IMG/VR virus record: IMGVR_UViG_3300037479_000429
Coordinates: 1-30,255 of that record
DNA: 30,255 nucleotides
Strand: one strand, 5' to 3'
Source of the DNA: a virus
Taxonomy: Duplodnaviria; Caudoviricetes
In this document: positions 1 through 6,514 of the stretch, one piece after another
Layout: each line of letters starts with the position of its first letter
Position numbering within the stretch: position 1 is the stretch's first letter
Program-made: the position numbers and the translations under genes
Notes under the pieces: generated by a model
Seen by the model: only the letters and a program-made list of their open reading frames with translations
Told to the model about the DNA's origin: nothing
Databases searched by the model: none

Positions 1-963
1 GCGGCCGATGCGCTGCAGACCTTTCGGATCGCCGTGTGGGTGGTCACGGCCTTGCAGCAGGCCCAGTTGTGGGAGGTGTTTCTTCGCGAGTGGCACGAAC
101 GGGATGCGTGGGTCCTTCGGCCGGCGCATGACCTGGGCGTGCCCATCGATCGCCCGGCGCTCGAAGGCTTTCATACGCACCTTCAGCAGATCCAAACTGA
201 GTTGTTGGCGCAAATCGCCCACACGACCGCGGCCGGGGTCTTACGTCCCCCTCGGGGGTATACCAAGAAGCCCAAGACCCTGAGTCCACCCGCCAGCATG
301 CTCGGACGCGCGACTAGTCACACCAAGCAGCGGTATCTGCAAGAAGGAGCCACGCTGGTCGAACGACAGGAAACTCGGGACGTTCGATGGTGCCTGACCT
401 GTCAGCGATCGGGAGTCACGGCCACCCACCGGTGTCGGAAGGGCGATAATCCGACCGGCGCCCCGCCCGTTCTCGTCCAGCGTCCCACGGAGATCACGAT
501 CTACTATTGGCAACTGCCCTACAATCCGGATGCACGGACGCAGTTATTGACCTACTTGGATACCCAGCAGATGGAGGCGCCCGTGGATCGCAAGACCGGG
601 CGGGCCACGACCTCGGCGAAGGCCCTCAAGGCGCTGCGGAAGCGCCATGCGGAGGACCCCCTCCTCGCCCTGCAGCTCGAGTGGCGTGCGGTGGGGAAGG
701 TGGATAGTACCTATGTCCTTGGTACGCTCGCGCTGCTTGATCACGAGGATCGGATCCACCCCGAGATCCTGCCGAAGCCGTCCACCTTGCGCGACTCGGC
801 GCAGCATCCGAACATTCAGAACGTCGTCGCGGGGCGGGGGGAGGAGATCCAAAAGATGACCCTCGCGGCGGGATTCCGCCGGTGCATCATGGCGCGGGAT
901 GGCCTTCCGTCCGGGGCGGATCTCGATCGGTGGACGCGCCGATGGGGCCACGACGCGCCCTGA
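1..963 (+). CDS. polA: Family A DNA polymerase, N-terminal part (end of 3'-5' exonuclease, thumb, start of palm); 5'-truncated by the window
   Basis: Frame open from base 1 (AADALQTFR, ExoIII-like); GVPID; KVDSTY; STLRDSAQHPNIQN corresponds to TGRLSS.PNLQN; FRRCIMA corresponds to IRxAFIA; stops at TGA 961-963 before motif A. Confidence 0.9.
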   Translation, partial: AADALQTFRIAVWVVTALQQAQLWEVFLREWHERDAWVLRPAHDLGVPIDRPALEGFHTHLQQIQTELLAQIAHTTAAGVLRPPRGYTKKPKTLSPPASMLGRATSHTKQRYLQEGATLVERQETRDVRWCLTCQRSGVTATHRCRKGDNPTGAPPVLVQRPTEITIYYWQLPYNPDARTQLLTYLDTQQMEAPVDRKTGRATTSAKALKALRKRHAEDPLLALQLEWRAVGKVDSTYVLGTLALLDHEDRIHPEILPKPSTLRDSAQHPNIQNVVAGRGEEIQKMTLAAGFRRCIMARDGLPSGADLDRWTRRWGHDAP

Positions 964-2057
964 CCACGGCGGACGTGTCGTGTCGCCTCTTGGAGGTGGA
1001 CTACACCGGGGCGGAATCGCTCGTCTTAGGATGGTTTCTTCGTTCCCCTTCGTATATGCGCCTCAGTCGCCTCGGCCTGTATGCGGCCGTGATTGGGCAG
1101 ATGCTCGGCGAGCCTGTGGATCTCAGCGGATCGGATGTCGAGGTCCAAGCCGCCCTCCGCGCTCTGAAGGAGGCTCATCGCCCGCAATATGAACTGGCGA
1201 AGCGGGTGGTGTTGGGGAGTGGGTACGGCTTGACGCCGCACGGGATGGTAGAGCAGTTTCCGGAGTCGTTTCCCACCCTCGCTCTCGCTCAACAGGTGCA
1301 GGCGTACTACTATCAACTCGCCCCCGAGGTGCCGGCCTGGCAATTGCGCGTCCAGCAACGGGCGAAGACGATGGGCTACCTCGGAGGACGTCCCGCCCCG
1401 AGTCATCCCCCGACCGAGTGGGATCACCCCTATGGTTATCAGCACTGGTTCTGGGACGTGTTGAGCTATCGACCGATCGATGACTACACCGCTCGGCAGT
1501 GGCAGCGGACCGAGCAGGGGCGGGCACGGATCGTGTCGCTTCATGGCCGGCCGTTTCAGGTCGTCCCCGGCGGCGATGCGAAACGGGTGATCGCCTATTA
1601 CCCCCAATCGACCATCAGTGGCCGTCTCAAAGAAGCGGAGCTCGATCTCTTCCTCCCCGACAGTCCGACGTACATCGGCGATTGCTACTTCGGACGGACT
1701 CCTCTCCTGGCGCCCATCCATGACGCGCTCCTCTTACACATCCCCACCCGGTGTTTTGATCGAGTCGCCGAGATCGTGTGTCAGGTGATGGGACGGCCCA
1801 GTCCCGCGCTCCCCTGCGATCCCGCCTGGCAGATGGGGTCGCATCTAGCCATCGGGGTCGAGGCGAAGACCGGCCGTCATTGGGGGGCTATGGAGGCGCT
1901 GACGATGGGGGAGAGGGAAGGGTCGTCGATCGTGCTGCGGCCACCCGAGGAGTCACGGGAGGAGTGGGATGCGCTCGCACGGGCGCTGGCGCGTCCGACG
2001 CCAGGGGACGACCTTACGGGTGGGTCAACCACCCGATCACCCAGCCCAACACGCTGA
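942..2057 (+). CDS. polA: Family A DNA polymerase, C-terminal catalytic part (motifs A, B, C)
   Basis: LLEVDYTGAE (motif A), AKRVVLGSGYG (motif B), PQST, LLAPIHDALL (motif C), IGVEAKTGRHWG C-terminal motif. Start uncertain: ATG 942 (GGTGGA upstream) or GTG 975. Confidence 0.9.
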   Translation: MGPRRALTTADVSCRLLEVDYTGAESLVLGWFLRSPSYMRLSRLGLYAAVIGQMLGEPVDLSGSDVEVQAALRALKEAHRPQYELAKRVVLGSGYGLTPHGMVEQFPESFPTLALAQQVQAYYYQLAPEVPAWQLRVQQRAKTMGYLGGRPAPSHPPTEWDHPYGYQHWFWDVLSYRPIDDYTARQWQRTEQGRARIVSLHGRPFQVVPGGDAKRVIAYYPQSTISGRLKEAELDLFLPDSPTYIGDCYFGRTPLLAPIHDALLLHIPTRCFDRVAEIVCQVMGRPSPALPCDPAWQMGSHLAIGVEAKTGRHWGAMEALTMGEREGSSIVLRPPEESREEWDALARALARPTPGDDLTGGSTTRSPSPTR

Positions 2058-2115
2058 TACTCCCCAGGATCAGGGCGATGAGGAGATCACCTGCCCCGTC
2101 GCGGCGCGTCCGCAT
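2014..2115 (-). CDS. 33-aa single-pass membrane peptide
   Basis: Translated by hand: MRTRRDGAGDLLIALILGSISVLGWVIGWLTHP*; ATG lies 13 nt after the protease stop; basic N-terminus plus hydrophobic helix. Confidence 0.55.
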   Translation of the reverse strand: MRTRRDGAGDLLIALILGSISVLGWVIGWLTHP

Positions 2116-2128
2116 CGGCCGGCCGCGC

Positions 2129-2758
2129 CTATTTCCCGAAGAACCGGCCCATCCGCTCGCGAATCAATTCGGCGCCGACCCCGAGGCCCGTCGTTCCCCC
2201 ATCTCCCCGCTGGACAATGCACACGACCTCCCCGGCGAGATTCACGACGGGTCCCCCGCTCTGCCCATTCACGAAGGGGGCATCCGTGGAGATGTAGGGT
2301 CCCCCAATGCCACTATCCGGAATCGTCAACGCATCATCTTGCACATGGGCCAGCCGGAAGAACGGTCGTTCGAGGGCATAGCCAAAGCCGGCACTCATCA
2401 CTTCTTGTCCCCGCTCAGGATTCTTCGCAGCCAGACGGAGGGCCGGGCGAGCGGGGTTGAGATGCGGGGCCTCCACCACCAAGAGATCTTTCTTCGTATC
2501 TCGACTGACGATCGTCGCCGGCACGCGGTCCACCCAAAGTCGAGCCGGCTCGGTAGGCGCGCAATGGGCGGCCGTCATGATGTAATGACGTGTTTGATCG
2601 ATCACAAATCCCGTACACGCGCCGTGATCGCCAACCTCCACCCACACGAGGGATAACTCGACGGTTCGAATCACCTCCGCCCAATCGGAGGCGCCGAGCG
2701 GGCGGCCGGCAAGGAGTACACTTACACTCACGAGGAGCACGGCAAGGCGGCGAAGCAT
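2129..2758 (-). CDS. Secreted trypsin-like (S1, HtrA-like without PDZ) serine protease
   Basis: Signal peptide MLRRLAVLLVSVSVLLAG; triad motifs TAAHC, DLLVV, GQSGGP; GGGAGG SD before ATG 2758. Confidence 0.92.
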   Translation of the reverse strand: MLRRLAVLLVSVSVLLAGRPLGASDWAEVIRTVELSLVWVEVGDHGACTGFVIDQTRHYIMTAAHCAPTEPARLWVDRVPATIVSRDTKKDLLVVEAPHLNPARPALRLAAKNPERGQEVMSAGFGYALERPFFRLAHVQDDALTIPDSGIGGPYISTDAPFVNGQSGGPVVNLAGEVVCIVQRGDGGTTGLGVGAELIRERMGRFFGK

Positions 2759-2762
2759 GGGA

Positions 2763-3131
2763 TTACCTCCCGAGCACATAGAGGGGTTGATGCGTGAAGG
2801 CGCGGAGCCGCTGGCCATCCCCAATGCCCGCGCCGATGCGATACGCGCCGGGGGCGTGAATACGCCAATACACCGTCCGCTGAAAGGGCCTCTGCGTGGG
2901 GTCGAGGGGGAGATCGGATTGACTATAGGCCCCATCCCCATCCAACACGACGGTGATGCGTCGATCGGTGGCGAGGGGCTGATAGCGAATCTCCAGGCGC
3001 AGCCGGGCCGGCGCCGTGGTAATCGGACCCGGCGTCACGCGGAGGGTAATCGCGGGACGGGCCTGGAGGGGCAGGCTCCCGAGCGTGAGACCGAGGACGA
3101 TCCCACACAGGACCATCCGACGGGGATGCAT
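2763..3131 (-). CDS. Secreted/periplasmic beta-rich hypothetical protein
   Basis: Signal-peptide-like N-terminus ending LPLQA; alternating beta pattern; abuts the protease gene. Confidence 0.7.
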   Translation of the reverse strand: MHPRRMVLCGIVLGLTLGSLPLQARPAITLRVTPGPITTAPARLRLEIRYQPLATDRRITVVLDGDGAYSQSDLPLDPTQRPFQRTVYWRIHAPGAYRIGAGIGDGQRLRAFTHQPLYVLGR

Positions 3132-3136
3132 GTCCT

Positions 3137-3145
3137 ACGATAACA
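3137..3145 (-). promoter_or_regulatory. Extended -10 promoter (TGtTATCGT), probably leaderless transcript
   Basis: TGn-TAnnnT, 5 nt spacer, then ATG 3131; AT-rich intergenic patch. Confidence 0.5.
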
Positions 3146-3147
3146 AA

Positions 3148-3164
3148 TTGGCAGGGGTTTTGCT
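3148..3164 (+). promoter_or_regulatory. sigma54-type -24/-12 promoter
   Basis: TTGGCAGGGGTTTTGCT: GG-N10-GC with TGGCA and TTGCT, upstream of ATG 3178. Confidence 0.55.
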
Positions 3165-3177
3165 AGAACCGTGAAGG

Positions 3178-3399
3178 ATGTCGGCTCGAACCGCCCCACG
3201 CCCTCGGCGGACGCCGCGATTCCCAGCGGCCAAGCGGTATGCGTTGTTGTCCGCCTCCGTCGAGCGCGGGGTGCAGTACGCCTCCTATCGAGCCTGGAAG
3301 CATCAGAGCGCCCCGCCGACGGACACCGAACGCGCGCGCATCGTCGAGGTCTTTCATCAGGCGGTGATGGATTGCCTCTGCGAAGACTTTGAGGTGTGA
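3178..3399 (+). CDS. Small helical phage hypothetical protein
   Basis: VERGVQYASYRAWKH...VMDCLCEDFEV resembles, from memory, a small phage protein family (ExGxxxGxxRAxKH...VMxxxCExF); sits downstream of a promoter motif. Confidence 0.7.
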   Translation: MSARTAPRPRRTPRFPAAKRYALLSASVERGVQYASYRAWKHQSAPPTDTERARIVEVFHQAVMDCLCEDFEV

Positions 3400-3794
3400 G
3401 ACCGTCGTTTCCGGAGTGAGCTGAGTTCGTACAATCGCGCGATCGCGTCCCGCGTGGTCGCCACATGCTGCACCGCCGGGTGATGATGAAACAGCAGCGT
3501 CTCACACCCCGGAGGCGGCGCCCCCACGACCAGCACGGGAATACCCCGTCCGAGGGCAAAGCCCATCTCCACCGCTTTCCCTTCGCTAGGGTGGTGGTAA
3601 TAGAGCACCAACGCCTCGGCCTGGGCTACGCCGTCTAAATCCTGAGCGGCCTGGCGGCGCAGGATAACCGGATCGGTCGCGCCGGGCTGCTCCCACCAGC
3701 GATAGGTAATCTGATGGCCGACGCGTTCAAAACGAGGCACCTGTCGGCGGATGACGTCTTGTCGATCCCAGGACGCGGCCAGATAGAGGGTCAT
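3357..3794 (-). CDS. Nucleoside 2-deoxyribosyltransferase / nucleotide N-glycosidase-like protein
   Basis: LYLAAS, DLDGVAQAEALV, GKAVEMGFALGRGIPVLVVG (catalytic Tyr/Asp/Glu pattern); ATGA overlap with the upstream gene. Confidence 0.85.
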   Translation of the reverse strand: MTLYLAASWDRQDVIRRQVPRFERVGHQITYRWWEQPGATDPVILRRQAAQDLDGVAQAEALVLYYHHPSEGKAVEMGFALGRGIPVLVVGAPPPGCETLLFHHHPAVQHVATTRDAIARLYELSSLRKRRSHTSKSSQRQSITA

Positions 3795-4213
3795 CGGCGC
3801 CAACCCGTCGTCGAGTTGAGGGGGGACCACGAAACATCGGGCGCGGGCGGCCTCTCTCCGTCTCCAGGGAACGTGCGAGGGGAGCACCGCCGTTGCTGCC
3901 AGAGCAGCCCAAGAAAGTCCAGGTAGTTGTGCAGATCCCGAATGGTGTCCAAGACCGACTCCTCGGTGATGGCCGCCTCGCGCCCTGGTTGCGTGAGACT
4001 GACCAGGCGCATGATCTTGTCACTGATCCGCACGAGGAGGCCCGTCTCCGCGGCCGGGACGATCCCGAGGAGTTCACAGACGCGGATGTTGAAGAGGGTA
4101 TCCCCAGCTTGCTGCTGATCGCGGTTGTAGTCCGCCCCCTTCCGAGCCAGCAGCGCCACCGAGGTGTCATACATCTGTTGACGAAAGTGTGTCACGTCCG
4201 CTACCGAGAGCAT
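3791..4213 (-). CDS. DUF1599 / Nmad1-like nucleotide-modification-associated helical protein
   Basis: KGADY, LFN, VRISDKIMRL, ESVLDTIRDLHNY; AAAGGAGG SD before ATG 4213. Confidence 0.85.
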   Translation of the reverse strand: MLSVADVTHFRQQMYDTSVALLARKGADYNRDQQQAGDTLFNIRVCELLGIVPAAETGLLVRISDKIMRLVSLTQPGREAAITEESVLDTIRDLHNYLDFLGLLWQQRRCSPRTFPGDGERPPAPDVSWSPLNSTTGWRR

Positions 4214-4291
4214 CGTCGTCCTCCTTTGTCTGTCTGCCCCGATGGCGGACGCCGATCCAGCCCCAACGCCTGACACGCGAGCGTCCAATTG

Positions 4292-4696
4292 CTATGGGGC
4301 ATCATGATCCGCCACCAACATACTGATGCCGGTCGCCTGATAGTGGGCGAGATACGCATCCGGTTCCCACACGTCGCCGTCATCAAAAATCAATCCCCAG
4401 CGGACGAAGACAATATGCTGAGGAGCGACGCGATTGGCGCGACAGGAGACCACCAATAACCCCATCATGTGTTCCAGGTCGTATCGACGATGACGGCGGA
4501 GCGGCATCCCGAGTTGCTTCGCAATCGCGATGATATCTTTGACGTACAAGCCTCGCCGATGGGGGAAGCGCCGCAAAGCGGTCGCCACCGTGAGGACCTC
4601 TTCATAGGTTTGATGGGTCAACATCGCGAGAGCGACCACGGCACAATCCCCCACGCCGCGCTGGGCGATCATTCGGGTGAAGGGCAGGATGTGCAT
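4292..4696 (-). CDS. Peptidase C39-like (papain-fold) protein
   Basis: QRGVGDCAVVALAM (Q..C), HIVFV (His), IFD (Asp). Confidence 0.75.
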   Translation of the reverse strand: MHILPFTRMIAQRGVGDCAVVALAMLTHQTYEEVLTVATALRRFPHRRGLYVKDIIAIAKQLGMPLRRHRRYDLEHMMGLLVVSCRANRVAPQHIVFVRWGLIFDDGDVWEPDAYLAHYQATGISMLVADHDAP

Positions 4697-4965
4697 GCGG
4701 TCTCCTCGAAGGGGAGCAGTCGATACGCGCTGACCGGGCGCGGTGCGCCGTTCACGGTGGTCACGATCTTGGTGACCCGATGCGCCTTCCCCGCGATGAC
4801 AAGCTTCTTGACCAAGCGATAGACCGTCCGCTCGCCCATCTGCAAGAGTTCAGCGAGTTCGAGGACGGTGAGCGCGCCTTGGAGCTCATGCGGCGACTGA
4901 TGCTCGAATCCACGATCGGGAATCTGCTGTATGGCCGTCAACCACGCTTCCCGCGAGACGTGCAT
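4669..4965 (-). CDS. Winged helix-turn-helix DNA-binding protein
   Basis: LTVLELAELLQMGERTVYRLVKKL plus beta-wing ending AYRL; GAGGAG SD before ATG 4965. Confidence 0.75.
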   Translation of the reverse strand: MHVSREAWLTAIQQIPDRGFEHQSPHELQGALTVLELAELLQMGERTVYRLVKKLVIAGKAHRVTKIVTTVNGAPRPVSAYRLLPFEETACTSCPSPE

Positions 4966-4967
4966 CC

Positions 4968-5825
4968 CTACTCCTCGATGCTGCGATCGACCGAATAGAT
5001 CTTGCGTCGATAATAGTGTTCCACGTCTCCTTGACGGATGAGGACGCCCCCGAACTGCGGCTCCGCGAGCCGGGCGCCGGCAACTTTCCAGGCGAAGGGG
5101 GTTTTCCCCTGCCATCCAGGGGTGACAATGGCCGCTGCGTATCCCTTGGCGCTATCGATATCCACGGCGATACTGCGATGACGATGGGAGCGCACGATGT
5201 AGTCAGGGGGCTCTCGGTGCCAACGGGCCGCTTCGACATATTCGGCGGTCAACTCGGCATTGACGGCACTGGCCTCATGGCTGGCACTGCTGGTGGTCCC
5301 AATATGATGCAAGAGGTGGACCAAGATACCCTGAGGGCCGCCCACCCGCTTCCACAAGTCATACCGCGCGTGCTGCCCCTGCGCATTGGGCTTTGCGTCC
5401 AGGCGTGCCGCCAGCATCTCTTCATACACACTACTCTGTCCCACATGCGCCCCGGTCCCGCGGATGTGATAATACTGACCCCCCTGTTGCCGACAGGCCG
5501 TGATGATGGGACGGAGGACGTGTTCGGCGATGGTGAGCTGATCGTGGATGTTGTGGCTAATCTGCGTCGTGGTGTTGTGGTGTACTCCATCGATGACATC
5601 GCCGTTGTGAACGATATCATACGGTTCGCCGCGGGTGACTTCGGGGACCCACTGTGTCCAAAAATTCATCCACAGTGCCCACATTTCCCGCTGTAACTCA
5701 CTGGGGTGATATACCCCACCATCATCCAAGGGGATTGTGATCCCGTCGGGATACAGTCCGAGCCGGCATCCACAATGCGTATCGGAGATGATGAGGAGGT
5801 TCTTGACAGGGGGGGTTGTCCCCAT
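4968..5825 (-). CDS. Calcineurin-like metallophosphoesterase
   Basis: SDTHCG, NGDVIDG, RGTGAH (variant of GNH), HH, RSHRH; AGGTAGGAGG SD. Confidence 0.9.
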   Translation of the reverse strand: MGTTPPVKNLLIISDTHCGCRLGLYPDGITIPLDDGGVYHPSELQREMWALWMNFWTQWVPEVTRGEPYDIVHNGDVIDGVHHNTTTQISHNIHDQLTIAEHVLRPIITACRQQGGQYYHIRGTGAHVGQSSVYEEMLAARLDAKPNAQGQHARYDLWKRVGGPQGILVHLLHHIGTTSSASHEASAVNAELTAEYVEAARWHREPPDYIVRSHRHRSIAVDIDSAKGYAAAIVTPGWQGKTPFAWKVAGARLAEPQFGGVLIRQGDVEHYYRRKIYSVDRSIEE

Positions 5826-5837
5826 AGGCCTCCTACC

Positions 5838-6047
5838 TTACCAGAGTTGCCGTGACCGAACCGGACGGCGCTGGAGGCGTTCCCACTGCGCCAAGGCCAT
5901 CTCGTCGGCCGGATCGAGAAACACCCAGAATCCAAAGGCCTGATACTCGACGGCCTCGGTGAGGGGGACAATCTGACCGGGACCGATGAGCCCTAGGGGC
6001 TCTTCGTAGATCCCGACCAGCGTATGGAGTACTGGTTTGGGGTCCAT
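5838..6047 (-). CDS. Hypothetical protein (69 aa)
   Basis: MDPKPVLHTL...; fills the gap between genes; promoter motif directly upstream. Confidence 0.6.
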   Translation of the reverse strand: MDPKPVLHTLVGIYEEPLGLIGPGQIVPLTEAVEYQAFGFWVFLDPADEMALAQWERLQRRPVRSRQLW

Positions 6048-6052
6048 GCTGT

Positions 6053-6061
6053 AGTCTAGCA
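6053..6061 (-). promoter_or_regulatory. Extended -10 promoter (TGcTAGACT), probably leaderless transcript
   Basis: TGn-TAGACT, 5 nt spacer, ATG 6047; no SD; same geometry as 3137-3145. Confidence 0.55.
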
Positions 6062-6076
6062 CGGACACCCGGTCGC

Positions 6077-6514
6077 CTAGCGTCGATCGAGCGGCCGACG
6101 CCGGTGCGCCCGCCATGCAAGGCCGCCTCCCACTTGCACACCGCGATATAACACCTGTTGTGTCATCCAGCCAATGCCCAAGACCTGCATCCCCGCAAGC
6201 AAAATGCGATCCGCTTCGGCTTTGGTCACCCGACGTGAGGGTCCATCGACGCGGCGCACGTAGGGCCATGCATAGAGGGCATCATGCACGACGGCCGCCT
6301 TCCCATACGCACCCGTCGGCGGCCAGAGGGACCACAAGACCCGCGGAATACTGGCGAAGTCCGTCAGAAATCCCGCCGGGACGTACACGTACTCGATCCC
6401 GGTCGGACTCCCGAGCCGAAACACGAAGGGATCAAGGATTTCCCACCGACGCGCGTCGTGCTGCCGCACATCCAGGGGGGTCAGGAAGTTATTGCGGGGC
6501 GGGTTTGGGGTCGT
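6077..6514 (-). CDS. DUF1353 family protein (start codon uncertain)
   Basis: FLTPLDV..WEILDPF, VPAGFLTDFASIPR, AAVVHDALY, ADRIL..M, YRGVQVGG. Nearest upstream in-frame ATG is 6598; ACG at 6512-6514 used here as approximate start. Confidence 0.85.
   Translation of the reverse strand, partial: TTPNPPRNNFLTPLDVRQHDARRWEILDPFVFRLGSPTGIEYVYVPAGFLTDFASIPRVLWSLWPPTGAYGKAAVVHDALYAWPYVRRVDGPSRRVTKAEADRILLAGMQVLGIGWMTQQVLYRGVQVGGGLAWRAHRRRPLDRR

Noticed and set aside
955-965. CCC-TGA +1 shift-prone site at the end of polA ORF1
   Set aside because: A +1 shift enters the 899-1192 frame, not the polymerase frame, which needs -1
904-980. tRNA-sized insert as a tRNA, group I/II intron or intein
   Set aside because: No T-loop/D-loop consensus; far too short for a self-splicing intron; frame break excludes an intein
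6503-6509. C-CCA-AAC -1 slippery heptamer
   Set aside because: Phased in the DUF1353 frame, so it would shift toward the endolysin stop, not create a fusion
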